A DNA stretch of 64,000 nucleotides from Gemmatimonadales bacterium (GCA_037189525.1 JBBCJC010000003.1:320001-384000); one strand, 5' to 3'; positions 27,358 through 37,011 are shown, numbered from the stretch's first letter. Numbers and translations: made by a program. Notes: a model not told the origin generated them from the sequence alone.

Positions 27358-28212
27358 GTGGTGGCCGAACCACCCACGCTGCAGCGTGCGCTTTCGGCCG
27401 CGACCGCGATTCTGGCAGGCGCCGGGGTGTCCGAGCCACGCCGGGAAGCGCTCCGCCTCTTCAGCGACGTGCTCGATCAGCCGGTGCCGGCGTTGCTGCT
27501 CGACGACCGGCAGGTGCTCGCCCCCGAGATGGCGGCGCATCTCGACGCGCTGGTGCGCCGGCGCGCGGCCGGCGAACCGCTGGCCTACGTGACGGGTGTC
27601 GTCGGCTTTCGTCACCTGGTCTTGCGGAGTGACCGGCGGGCGCTGATTCCTCGCCCCGAAACGGAAGGGTTGGTCGACCGGGTCCTGGCGACCGGCTGCC
27701 GCGGCACGGTGGTCGACATCGGAACCGGAACCGGATGTATTGCCCTGGCGCTGGCCAGCGAGGGCGGCTTCGAGCGGGTGGCCGCGGTCGATCGGTCGGC
27801 GGATGCTCTGGCGCTTGCCGCCGAGAACCGGCGCCGGACCGGGATCGGGATCCAGCTCATTCAGGGTGACCTGACGGGGGCGGTGCGCTCCCGGTGTGTC
27901 GAGGTCGTGGTATCGAACCCGCCGTATCTCACCCAAGCCGAGTATCTTGCGGTGGCGGCATCGGTTCGGGACTACGAACCGGTCGAAGCGTTGAGCAGCG
28001 GTGCCGACGGGTTGAGCGCGACGCGGTTGCTGGCCCGGGATGCCGGGCGGGTCGTTGTGCAGGGGGGCTGGCTCGTCATCGAGATCGCGGCAGACCGGCC
28101 GGCGGAGTCCGCTGCGCAGGTGGCGGCGGCGGGATGGTCGGACATCCGGATCGAATCGGACTTATTCGCGCGCCCGCGATATTTGATGGCGCGATGGAGG
28201 AAGCATGATTGA
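27358..28212 (+). CDS. prmC: Release factor glutamine methyltransferase
   Basis: GEPLAY, LIPRPETE, DIGTGTGCIA, SNPPY. Confidence 0.95.
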   Translation: MVAEPPTLQRALSAATAILAGAGVSEPRREALRLFSDVLDQPVPALLLDDRQVLAPEMAAHLDALVRRRAAGEPLAYVTGVVGFRHLVLRSDRRALIPRPETEGLVDRVLATGCRGTVVDIGTGTGCIALALASEGGFERVAAVDRSADALALAAENRRRTGIGIQLIQGDLTGAVRSRCVEVVVSNPPYLTQAEYLAVAASVRDYEPVEALSSGADGLSATRLLARDAGRVVVQGGWLVIEIAADRPAESAAQVAAAGWSDIRIESDLFARPRYLMARWRKHD

Positions 28213-28558
28213 GGAACGTGCGCTCGACCTGGGCCGCCTGATCGGCCAATCGACCGAGTATCAGGCGCTGCGTCGCGCGGAAGCGGCGCTCAAAGACGAT
28301 ACCGAGACGGTCGCCAAGCTCGACCAGATCCAGACGCTGGCTCGGCAGATCGACCAGCTCGTGTCCCAGGGCCAGATGCCCGATGAGGCGATGACGCAGT
28401 CGTACGAGGAAGCCGTGCGGGCGCTCGAGTTGTCGGTGGTGGGGCAGGCGTACGTCGTGGCCCGCTCGAACTTCGATAAGCTGATGGCCCGGGTCAATCA
28501 GCAGATGTCGACCGGGATCGAGCGCGGCGCGACCAGCAACATCATCACGCTGGGCTGA
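28205..28558 (+). CDS. YlbF/YmcA-like helical protein
   Basis: I.E.A..LG..I..S.EY..L..AE.AL..D pattern; all-helical, 117 aa. Confidence 0.7.
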   Translation: MIEERALDLGRLIGQSTEYQALRRAEAALKDDTETVAKLDQIQTLARQIDQLVSQGQMPDEAMTQSYEEAVRALELSVVGQAYVVARSNFDKLMARVNQQMSTGIERGATSNIITLG

Positions 28559-29190
28559 TGACCGGCGTGTTCGTCGTGCTGGAAGGTCCGGAAGGCGCCG
28601 GGAAGACCACCCTGGCGCGCTACCTTGCGGAACGCCTTCGCACGGCGGGTATCGAACCTGTCCTGGTTCGTGAACCCGGAGGGACGACCGCGGCCGAGGC
28701 GTTGCGCGCCGAGCTGCTGCACGACGACCGGGAATGGACGCCCGAAGCGGAGTTGCTCTACATCGCCGCGGCTCGGGCGGATCTCGTAGCCAAGGTGATT
28801 CGGCCCGCGCTGGCTGCCGGCCGAATGGTGCTGTCCGATCGCTACGATCTGTCGACCCATGCGTACCAGGTGGCGGGCCGGGGCTTGCCCGAGCCGCAGG
28901 TAGCCTGGGTCAATCGGGCGGCCACCGGGGGACTCACGCCGCGTTTGACGCTGGTGCTCGACGTCCCGCCCTCGGTCGGTCGAGAGCGCCAGCTGGGCAG
29001 CGGGAAAGCGCGCGATCGGCTCGACCGAGAAGGTGAAGCGTTTCACGAGCGGGTGGCTCGAGCGTACCGCGCGGCAACCGGTCCAGGCATCGTCCACCTC
29101 GATGCCACCGAGGGACCGGAGCAGTTGGGTGAAGCAGCATGGCAGGCCGTGGTGCGCGCCTGTCCTGACCTTGTCGGAGGAACGGTGTGA
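28558..29190 (+). CDS. tmk: Thymidylate kinase
   Basis: EGPEGAGKTT, REPGGT, LSDRY, DRLDRE. Confidence 0.95.
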   Translation: MTGVFVVLEGPEGAGKTTLARYLAERLRTAGIEPVLVREPGGTTAAEALRAELLHDDREWTPEAELLYIAAARADLVAKVIRPALAAGRMVLSDRYDLSTHAYQVAGRGLPEPQVAWVNRAATGGLTPRLTLVLDVPPSVGRERQLGSGKARDRLDREGEAFHERVARAYRAATGPGIVHLDATEGPEQLGEAAWQAVVRACPDLVGGTV

Positions 29191-30488
29191 CGCGGTTCAA
29201 GACGTTCCTGGTGGGCCTGGTCGCAATCGGCGCCTTCTTCCTGGGCGGATGGTTGCTCCGCAAAGGACTCACGCCGGTGGCTCCTCCCCCGGCCCCGGTC
29301 GCTTCGGTTGGCGGTACCCGCCTCTTCAATTCGGTGGTGCAGACGGTTCGGGCCTATGCGGTCGACTCGCTCGACGAGTCGGGCGTCTATCGCCTGGCCG
29401 CTTCCGGCGTGCTTGGCGAGCTGGGCGATCCCTACGCGGGCCTGGTAGCGGATCGGGACACCGCCGCGGCGCGGGAGCGGATCGGTCCGGCGCCGGTCCA
29501 GGGTCTCTACCTCGATCTGGCCGACGGGTTCGTTACCACGGTGTCCGTGGTTCCGGGGTCGCCGGCTGCGGTTGCCGGGATTCGGGCCGGCGACGCGGTC
29601 CTCCGGGTCGGCGAAACGAACATCCGGATGCAGTCGGCCGACGAGGTCGCTGCACTGATCGATGGCAAGCGGGGCACCACGGTGTCGTTGCGACTCGGCC
29701 GCGAAGGTGCCACCGCGGCGCTTCGGATCGAGCTGACGCGGGGGCCGGTGCCGGCCATCCCGGAGCCCAGCCTGCAGACTCTCGACGATGGCACTTCGCA
29801 TTTGCGCGCCTACCGTATCGATCGGACCGCCATCGGTATGCTCGATCAGGCGCTGCGGAATGGCGGCCAGGGGCGTCCGGGTCTGGTCATCGATCTGCGC
29901 GGCGCGGTGGAAGGCACCCTGGCCGATGCGGTGACCTTTGCCACCCGGTTGCTCGATCGAGGGCAGTCCGTCGTGATCGTTCGGCGGCGCCCGGCGGATG
30001 ATTCGACGGCGGCGGCCGGCGAGGTGGAACTCCGGCATGTGGAAACGCCGGTCGTGGTACTGGTCGATCGCGGCACCGCCGGCGCTGCGGAGGTCGTAGC
30101 CGGTGCGCTGCAGGATCACGATCGGGCGGCCATCGTCGGCGAAACGACGTTCGGGCGCGCCGGCCGATCCTCCTTCTTCCCGTTGGGCGACGGGCTTTCC
30201 CTGCGTCTCACCACCGAACTGTGGGTCACGCCGAGCGGACGGGTGATTCAGCGCACCTTGCCGTTGCAGCAGACCGAGGCCTCGGTCGACACCGCCGAAG
30301 TGCGTCCCGAGTTCCGCACCGAGGGCGGCCGGGTCGTGCTGGGCGGCGGCGGCGTAGTCCCCGATCGCGAAGTGACCAACGTCGGTGAAGTGAGCGACCA
30401 GACCGATCCCGCCATGCTTGCTGCGCGCCAACTGCTGGCCCGCGCGCCGGACCGGAAATCGCTGATCGCTGCGCTGACCAGCAACTGA
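29187..30488 (+). CDS. S41 (CtpA-like) peptidase homolog with PDZ domain; catalytic residues substituted
   Basis: LGDPY, PGSPA..AGI..GD (PDZ), IDLR, EVVAGALQDHDRA.IVGE.TFG, TPSGR.IQ. Confidence 0.85.
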   Translation: MTRFKTFLVGLVAIGAFFLGGWLLRKGLTPVAPPPAPVASVGGTRLFNSVVQTVRAYAVDSLDESGVYRLAASGVLGELGDPYAGLVADRDTAAARERIGPAPVQGLYLDLADGFVTTVSVVPGSPAAVAGIRAGDAVLRVGETNIRMQSADEVAALIDGKRGTTVSLRLGREGATAALRIELTRGPVPAIPEPSLQTLDDGTSHLRAYRIDRTAIGMLDQALRNGGQGRPGLVIDLRGAVEGTLADAVTFATRLLDRGQSVVIVRRRPADDSTAAAGEVELRHVETPVVVLVDRGTAGAAEVVAGALQDHDRAAIVGETTFGRAGRSSFFPLGDGLSLRLTTELWVTPSGRVIQRTLPLQQTEASVDTAEVRPEFRTEGGRVVLGGGGVVPDREVTNVGEVSDQTDPAMLAARQLLARAPDRKSLIAALTSN

Positions 30489-30490
30489 TC

Positions 30491-31357
30491 GTGCCTCCCA
30501 TCCCGACGACCATCATCGTCGGCGCCGGCCGAATGGGCCGGGGCCTCGGCCAGTTGCTGGTCGATCGCGGGGCGTCGGTGCGCTTTGCCGTTCGGGCCTC
30601 GCGCAGTGAATTGCCGGCGCCGTTCGGTCTGCGCACCGACCCTGCGACCTATCGAGGAGGGCGCTGGATCATCCTCGCCACGCCCGACGATGCCATTCGG
30701 CCCACGGCGGCGGATCTCGGCGCCCTGGGTGTGGTGAGCCGGACCAGCGTCATTTTCCATCTCTCCGGCGCGCGGAGCACTTCCGACGTCCTCAAACCGC
30801 TTCGGTTGACCGGTGCGGCGCTCGGATCATTCCATCCGCTCCAGAGTCTGGCGGTCCCGGCAACGGCGGTCGAACGCCTTCCGGGCTCGTTCGTGGGCAT
30901 CGAGGGCGATCCGCGGGCGGTTCGCGCGGCGCGGCGACTGGCTCGTTTTCTCGACATGACACCGGTGGCCATTCCTGAAGACGGGCGGGCAGCCTACCAC
31001 GCCGCCGCTACGTTCGTATCGGGCTATGTGACGGCGTTGTATGCGACGGCCGTCGAAATTGCCGTCGAAGCTGGCGTCGAGGCGCGGGCTGCTCGCCGGA
31101 TGTTTCGCCCGTTGCTCGAGGGGACGGTGGCGAATCTGGGGTTGTTGCCGCCGGCGCGTGCCATGACGGGCGCGGTGCCCCGAGGCGATCTGGCGACGGT
31201 GGAAGCGCATCTGGATGCGCTGCGCGGCGAGCATCGCGACGTGTATGCGGCGTTGGGACGCCGGGCCGTTGCGCTGGCCCGGACGCTTCCTGATCCGTCC
31301 CCTCGTCTGGACGCGATTCTCCGAACGCTCAGCGGCAAGCCTCGCAGCCGGCGTTAG
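30491..31357 (+). CDS. Rossmann-like + DUF2520 domain protein (PanG-like)
   Basis: IVGAGRMG, LATPDDAI, HLSGA, SFHPLQS, YHAAA, MTGAVPRGD..TV..HL. Confidence 0.85.
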   Translation: MPPIPTTIIVGAGRMGRGLGQLLVDRGASVRFAVRASRSELPAPFGLRTDPATYRGGRWIILATPDDAIRPTAADLGALGVVSRTSVIFHLSGARSTSDVLKPLRLTGAALGSFHPLQSLAVPATAVERLPGSFVGIEGDPRAVRAARRLARFLDMTPVAIPEDGRAAYHAAATFVSGYVTALYATAVEIAVEAGVEARAARRMFRPLLEGTVANLGLLPPARAMTGAVPRGDLATVEAHLDALRGEHRDVYAALGRRAVALARTLPDPSPRLDAILRTLSGKPRSRR

Positions 31358-31378
31358 TGCGGCCGGCGTTAGGCGTCG

Positions 31379-32062
31379 TCAGGTCGGCGGGGCGACCACT
31401 CGGACCCCCGACGGAACCGCGAAGGTGAAGGTGCCTGCCGGGGTCGGGGCGTTCGGTCTGAGCCGGCTCAGATCCAGGACCCGCCTGAGGCCCGCGCCCT
31501 CGATCAGCTCGATCCGGCGCGGCAATGCATCCTCCACACCGAGCCAAATCCGCGCCCGGCTGAACGGCACACTGGCCACGCGCGGGACCAGATCGATCAC
31601 GTCTACCCGCCGGCCGTCGGCGGTTTCCTGCCCGACATAGGTGGCCGTGTAACGCTCGCGGGGGCGATCCAGCAGCTGCGCAAGGAAGTTGGCGCCGTAG
31701 ACCGGGTCACTCGGCACCGGCGAACGGTAGACCACGTTCGGGGCGGTGCTCGGCGTATAGGTCCAGATGTGGTTTCCGTCGATGACGATGGCCTCGCCGG
31801 CCGGATCGGTGAACCGCATGGCAAACCGGTTGGCGCCGGCCTGAATCACGGTGCCGCGGCTGGTCAGCGTATCGCCCTGCGAGCGGTCTTCGATGGTCTG
31901 GACGAAGTTGGCCTGGAGCGAATTCAAGCCACGATAGATTCGCCCGGCGCGCCCGACGATATCGGCCGGGTCCTGGGCCGAGGCCTGATTGGCGGCCAGG
32001 CCGGCCAGAATGCCCGTGATGGCCAGTAATCGCGTCCAGCGCCGTTCGTTCTCGAATACCAC
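31379..32062 (-). CDS. lolA: Outer membrane lipoprotein carrier protein LolA
   Basis: Signal peptide; SLQANFVQT, IVIDGNHIWTY.P, FTF.VP.GV.VV. Confidence 0.8.
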   Translation of the reverse strand: MVFENERRWTRLLAITGILAGLAANQASAQDPADIVGRAGRIYRGLNSLQANFVQTIEDRSQGDTLTSRGTVIQAGANRFAMRFTDPAGEAIVIDGNHIWTYTPSTAPNVVYRSPVPSDPVYGANFLAQLLDRPRERYTATYVGQETADGRRVDVIDLVPRVASVPFSRARIWLGVEDALPRRIELIEGAGLRRVLDLSRLRPNAPTPAGTFTFAVPSGVRVVAPPT

Positions 32063-32142
32063 GTCGTCTATCCTCCCGACCGATTTTGAAACATCGTTCC
32101 GGCTAGGAGGATGACGACGGAGGGCCCTTCGGTCAACACCGA

Positions 32143-33927
32143 TTATCGGGCGATCGGCAGTTCGAGCAGGCTCCAGCGCTCCGGCTCATGGTGGAGTTGG
32201 ATGTCTGCGACTTTCGCGTCCTGGCGGGTTTCGCGGGAGACATTCCCGCCGCCGTTGTAGTTCCGCTGAAAGTGGATCGAGTTGGGCGACTGGACCAGGA
32301 GTCGGACCCGGCTCCCGGCGGCCAGCCGGCGACTGGTAAAGCGGAAGTTGTCGATCACGATCCGGGCGGGCGTACCCGGCGTCAGCAGACGCTCGCGATC
32401 GAGCCCCTCGCGGAACCGGGTGCGGAGCTGGCCCTCGGTGAGCAGGATCGATTTCCCATCCCGGGTAATTTCGTAGAGTACTGCATGGAGATCCGTGTCG
32501 CGCACCGAAGCCGTCAGCCAGAGCGTCAGCTTCGCAAAGCCGGAAATTTCGGTTTCGTTCTCGAATACCGGGGTGTGGTAGATCGCACCGCGGCCACCCA
32601 GTTCGGTGGCATACCGCGGGTCGCTCAGATTCGGCGTGGCACGCTCGTCTCGGCCTGGAGCGGTGTCGAGCGGATCATAGCGCCATCGGTCGGCAGCCGT
32701 GGGCTGCGGTTGCTGCCGGCTCAGGGAACCGGATCGGGCAATCGATCCCGCCGCGTTGCCGGACGAGGTGAGGTAGAAGGTCGTCGGATTGGCGCCGATG
32801 GCCTCGAGACTATCGGCGTGCTTCCATTGTTCGGCCCCGGTGACATAGTACGCGACTCGTTTGGGCAGCTTGGCCGGGCGGGGGCCGCCTTTGATGACCC
32901 AGTCGTACCAGTCGGCTTCGAGGTCGCCCATGCTGAAGACGGATGCGCTGTCGAAGGTCAAACCGCCGAAGCTGGTTTGCGGCGTGCGGGTGCCACCATG
33001 ATCCCACGGGCCGATCATCAGGACATGCTTGGCCTTGGCCGCGGCTGAGCCGTACCGCATGTGTCGACGGTAGTGCTCGAGCGCTCCGATCTGATCGGCA
33101 TCGTAGATACCGGTGCGCGTGAAGATCGGAAGGTCGAGCCGCGCCAACTGCTCGGGCGATGGAGACATGGCCGCCCAATACCCGTCGAGGGTCTGGTGAT
33201 CGATCCAACGCTGAAATGTCGCGGAGGGATTACCGGCCACCGAATCGAGCGCGGCGAACGGGACATGATCGAGGTAGAGCGCGCGGAACCGTGATTGCCA
33301 GAATGTCTGATCGCCGAACAGGTTGGGATGGCTTACCTGGGCCGATACGAAGGTCATCCACTGCAGCCAGTACGGACGGCTCATCCCGCCCAGGTGCGGT
33401 ACGTCGACGCCGAGATAGGCCGAAGCCGTGGGGGCGATCGCGACGAGGTTGGGAGGAAACTCCTTGGCAATCGACCATTGATTGGAGCCGCCGTACGATC
33501 CGCCCATCATGCCGATGTTCCCGTCGGACCAGGGCTGCTTCGCCAGCCACGCAATCGCGTCGTAGCCGTCCTTCGCATCGGCCGCAAAGGGTTCGAAGAC
33601 TCCGCCCGATCCGCCCCGTCCCCGGGTGTCGACCACCGCCATGACGTAGCCTCGGCGCGCCGCCGGCAGCACGTAGCGGTGGTAGCCGTCGGTCATGTAG
33701 GGCGTCATGGCAAAGATGACCGGTCGAGACGTTCGCGGACCGGCGGGAAAGTAGATGGTGGCGTTGAGCAGAATCCCGTCTCGCATTGGAATCCGGGCCC
33801 CGAACATGATCTCGAGGCCCTCGGCCGACGTATTCTGCGCAGCGAGCGATGGGGCGCCGCCTCCGCTGCCGGCGACGATGAACGCAATCAGCAGGGAAGT
33901 GAACCGAGCGGTCATCGATCGCAGCAT
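32143..33927 (-). CDS. CocE/NonD family hydrolase, secreted
   Basis: IPMRDG, TPY, DTRGRG.S.G, QPWSDG..GM.GGSYGG nucleophile elbow, GPWDH. Confidence 0.9.
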   Translation of the reverse strand: MLRSMTARFTSLLIAFIVAGSGGGAPSLAAQNTSAEGLEIMFGARIPMRDGILLNATIYFPAGPRTSRPVIFAMTPYMTDGYHRYVLPAARRGYVMAVVDTRGRGGSGGVFEPFAADAKDGYDAIAWLAKQPWSDGNIGMMGGSYGGSNQWSIAKEFPPNLVAIAPTASAYLGVDVPHLGGMSRPYWLQWMTFVSAQVSHPNLFGDQTFWQSRFRALYLDHVPFAALDSVAGNPSATFQRWIDHQTLDGYWAAMSPSPEQLARLDLPIFTRTGIYDADQIGALEHYRRHMRYGSAAAKAKHVLMIGPWDHGGTRTPQTSFGGLTFDSASVFSMGDLEADWYDWVIKGGPRPAKLPKRVAYYVTGAEQWKHADSLEAIGANPTTFYLTSSGNAAGSIARSGSLSRQQPQPTAADRWRYDPLDTAPGRDERATPNLSDPRYATELGGRGAIYHTPVFENETEISGFAKLTLWLTASVRDTDLHAVLYEITRDGKSILLTEGQLRTRFREGLDRERLLTPGTPARIVIDNFRFTSRRLAAGSRVRLLVQSPNSIHFQRNYNGGGNVSRETRQDAKVADIQLHHEPERWSLLELPIAR

Positions 33928-33943
33928 TCCTGCTCTCCGAGGT

Positions 33944-34786
33944 CTAGACGGTGTGGCTGTGCTCCGGGCCGGGATATTCGCCGGCGCGGACTTCCGCGGC
34001 GTAGCGGCCGACGGCGTCGCGGACGGTGGCCCCGAGTTGGGCATAGTGTTTGAGAAATTTAGGCTTGAAGCCCTCGTTGAGGCCAAGCATGTCGTGGAGA
34101 ACGAGGACCTGACCGTCGCATCCGACACCTGCACCGATCCCGATCGTGGGGATCGACACACCCGCGGTGACGCGTTCGGCCACGCTACCGGGCATCAGTT
34201 CCAGCACCATGGAAAAGGCTCCGGCAGACTCGAGCGCGCGGGCGTCTTCCACGAGTTGCTCCGCTGCGCCGGCTTGCTTGCCCTGGATTCGGTGCCCGCC
34301 CAGCTGATGCACCGATTGCGGTGTGAACCCCAGGTGCCCCATCACCGGAATGCCGGCGGCCACCAGCCGAGCCACGGTCGGCGCGAACTCGACGCCGCCC
34401 TCGAGCTTGACCGCCGCCGCCCCGGTTTCCTTGAGGATCCGACCCGCATTGGCCACCGCGCGCGCAGGCGAGACCTGGTAGCTGAGGAAGGGCAGGTCGA
34501 CCACCAGGAGCGCGCGCTCCAATCCGCGCCGGACGATGCGGCCGTGATAGATCATCTGTTCCATCGTCGCGGCGAGAGTCGTTTCCTCACCGGTGAGCAG
34601 CGGAGCAACCGAATCGCCGACCAGGACCACGTCGACGCCGGATTGATCCACCAGCGTCGCGAACAGCGTATCATAGGCCGTGATCATCACGATCCGCTGC
34701 CCGGCCCGCTTCATGGCTGCCAGCTCGAGCGTGGTGACGCGCTTCCGGGGGCCGGTGGTCGGTGTGTCCTGCAGATAGGCGCACAT
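33944..34786 (-). CDS. panB: 3-methyl-2-oxobutanoate hydroxymethyltransferase
   Basis: TAYD, LVGDS, DLPFLSY, AVKLEGG, GHLGFTPQ, PTIGIGAG..CDGQVLV. Confidence 0.95.
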   Translation of the reverse strand: MCAYLQDTPTTGPRKRVTTLELAAMKRAGQRIVMITAYDTLFATLVDQSGVDVVLVGDSVAPLLTGEETTLAATMEQMIYHGRIVRRGLERALLVVDLPFLSYQVSPARAVANAGRILKETGAAAVKLEGGVEFAPTVARLVAAGIPVMGHLGFTPQSVHQLGGHRIQGKQAGAAEQLVEDARALESAGAFSMVLELMPGSVAERVTAGVSIPTIGIGAGVGCDGQVLVLHDMLGLNEGFKPKFLKHYAQLGATVRDAVGRYAAEVRAGEYPGPEHSHTV

Positions 34787-34792
34787 GACGGC

Positions 34793-35035
34793 TTACTCCG
34801 ATGGAGGGAACAGGACGTCGCCGGTGTCGGCGTTTTCGACCCGAATGGCGCCGGTCGGGCAATAGGATGCGGCTTGCACGATGATCGTTACGGGTGCGCC
34901 GGCCGGGTCGATCACGGTCGACTGGACGTTCTCGTCGTGGCGAAAGACATCGGGCGCCAGGCCGACGCACTGGCCGTTGCCGACACAGAGATCGTGATCG
35001 ATCAGGATGCGAAGCTTGGGCGCGGCATCCGTCAT
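34793..35035 (-). CDS. Ferredoxin (probable 3Fe-4S, P450-associated)
   Basis: CVGNGQC (CxxNxxC) ... CPTGAI; ATGA overlap with the P450 stop. Confidence 0.88.
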   Translation of the reverse strand: MTDAAPKLRILIDHDLCVGNGQCVGLAPDVFRHDENVQSTVIDPAGAPVTIIVQAASYCPTGAIRVENADTGDVLFPPSE

Positions 35036-36261
35036 CGATCCCACTCCACCGGCAACGCCTTGAGCGAGCGGAACTGGATGCTCGGCTGATACTCGAGCGT
35101 ACCCGGCCGGAGCCGGAGCGACGGCAGCCGCTCGGCCAGCGCGCGAAAGACTTCCTGGCCTTCCACCCGCGCGAGCGTCGCGCCGAGACAGTAATGCATT
35201 CCCGAGCCGAAGGAGACGTGCGGGTTGGGCTGGCGGGTAATGTCGAACCGGTCGGGCTGGTCGAACGCTTCGGGGTCGCGGTTGGCCGCGGCAATGAACC
35301 AGCGGAGCCGATCGCCGGCTTTGATGACCTGCGACCGGAGCGGCACATCGGCGGTGGCGATCCGCTGGGTGGACTTGACCGGCGGATCGTAGCGGAGGCA
35401 TTCCTCGGTCGCGACCCGGACCCGACCGGCCGGATCGGCACAGAGCGCGGCCCACTGGTCCGGATGGCGGAGCAGTGCCAGGGTGCCGTTGCAGATCAGA
35501 TTCATGGTGGTTTCGTGACCGGCAAAGAGCAGCAGCGCCGTGTTGACCAGGACCTGGTGTCGCGTGAAGATCCCGCGTCCTTCAGCCTCGGCTAACACGG
35601 AGATGAAGTCCTCACCGGGATTCGCCCGGCGCTGATCGACCCGGGGCGCGACGTAATCGATCATGCCGCGGATCCCCTCCATCAGCGGCTTCATCCGATA
35701 CGACTCGCCCCGGTTGATGTAGAGCAGCTTGTCGGCCAGATCGCGCAGGGTGTCCTGGTCTTCGGGCGGCACGCCCATCATCCGGGTGATGACGCGGACC
35801 GGGAGCGGGGCTGCGAGTGAGGACAGGACGTCCATCTCCCCGTGATCGATGACCTGATCGAGCAGGTCATGCACGGCGGCGCGGACGAACGGCCGCCACT
35901 TTTCCATCGCGGTCGGGGTAAAGTAGGCGTGGACCGCGCCGCGCATCGCGGTATGCTCGGGACGGTCCTGCTCGACCAGCTGATCGGCGCGGAAGTCGCG
36001 CACATGCGCGGCAAGCGGGGTGTCCTCCGGGTCGATCGGCGGATAGGGTGGCCGCTGATCGCTCCGGATCACGGCGGACGAGAAGAGTTCGTTGTGGCGG
36101 ACCAGCCAGACCAGATCGTCGTACCGGGTAATGACCCAGAGCTGGTAGCGCTCGTTCCAGTGGACCGGCGCGCTTTCGCGCAGATGGCCGAGCAGCGGAT
36201 AGGGGTTCGCAATCACATCGGGCGCAAAGAGATCGTCCAGATCGTAGTCCAGCGTCGTCAT
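35032..36261 (-). CDS. Cytochrome P450
   Basis: I-helix FAGHETT, EECLR (ExxR), heme motif FGSGMHYCLG. Confidence 0.95.
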   Translation of the reverse strand: MTTLDYDLDDLFAPDVIANPYPLLGHLRESAPVHWNERYQLWVITRYDDLVWLVRHNELFSSAVIRSDQRPPYPPIDPEDTPLAAHVRDFRADQLVEQDRPEHTAMRGAVHAYFTPTAMEKWRPFVRAAVHDLLDQVIDHGEMDVLSSLAAPLPVRVITRMMGVPPEDQDTLRDLADKLLYINRGESYRMKPLMEGIRGMIDYVAPRVDQRRANPGEDFISVLAEAEGRGIFTRHQVLVNTALLLFAGHETTMNLICNGTLALLRHPDQWAALCADPAGRVRVATEECLRYDPPVKSTQRIATADVPLRSQVIKAGDRLRWFIAAANRDPEAFDQPDRFDITRQPNPHVSFGSGMHYCLGATLARVEGQEVFRALAERLPSLRLRPGTLEYQPSIQFRSLKALPVEWDR

Positions 36262-36914
36262 GATTCCGTCTCCGGTGGCGCGGTGCGATCGGGCCTCGGC
36301 CGGCGAGCCGCTTGCTCGGCACGAGGGGCCAGCACGACGGTCAGGGTGCAGAGCTTGCCGCGGCGGGGGTGGCGAGCCTGGGTGAGCAGGTCGATCAGTT
36401 CGTCCATGGTCCGGTTGACCCGGCGGAGGTCCGCCGGCGACAGCCAGGCGTACCGGCGGCTGGCCCAGAGATTTCGCAGGGCGCCTTGACGCTCGGTGTC
36501 CTCGCTCGTGACGGCGGCGCGGAAATCCCGCTCGGCCGTCCGCAGCATACTGCGCACCAGGCGCGTGAGCGGATGGGTCAGCGGATCCCGATGGGTCGGG
36601 TATCGGAGGACCAGCGGGCGTCCCGCCAGCTCATAGACCGTCTCGTCCCGCCGGCCGCGGCGGCGCACCTCGAGGGGCACCAGCAGTCCCACCGCCACCA
36701 ACCGGCGGATATGATAGTAGAGCGCGTCGGCCGGACGACCCATTAGTTCCGCGATTTCGAGCGCGGAGCAGGGACCCGTGGCCTGAATCGTGTCCACCAC
36801 TTCCTGGCGGACCGGCGATTCGAGGGCAGCGATCTGATCCCGGCGCTCGATGATGTACGGGCGGGGCCGGGGACGTGGCGCCGGTCGGGCGGCGCGCCTG
36901 GGGGAGCTTGACAC
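36258..36914 (-). CDS. Winged-helix (ArsR-like) transcriptional regulator (start approximate)
   Basis: ALESPVRQE, EIAELMG....LYYHIRRL...GL; ATGA overlap with the P450 start. Confidence 0.75.
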   Translation of the reverse strand: MSSSPRRAARPAPRPRPRPYIIERRDQIAALESPVRQEVVDTIQATGPCSALEIAELMGRPADALYYHIRRLVAVGLLVPLEVRRRGRRDETVYELAGRPLVLRYPTHRDPLTHPLTRLVRSMLRTAERDFRAAVTSEDTERQGALRNLWASRRYAWLSPADLRRVNRTMDELIDLLTQARHPRRGKLCTLTVVLAPRAEQAARRPRPDRTAPPETES

Positions 36915-37011
36915 TGTTGAAATATCGCACGAATCTTCAGCACCGCAAGAGCCGGAGGCCAACGCCTCGTCTGCCGCCCGGATGCGGGACCTACTTCCAC
37001 GTGGAGATCGT

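Noticed and set aside
26050..27936. 628-aa minus-strand ORF
   Set aside because: Antisense to rpmE/prfA/prmC; shadow ORF.
33928..34161. Long N-terminal extensions in the ORF track (CocE; likewise thpR, ferredoxin, ino1, pxpC, rpsF, HTH)
   Set aside because: The extensions overlap neighbouring genes; downstream starts have SD sites, stop-start coupling or family-typical N-termini.
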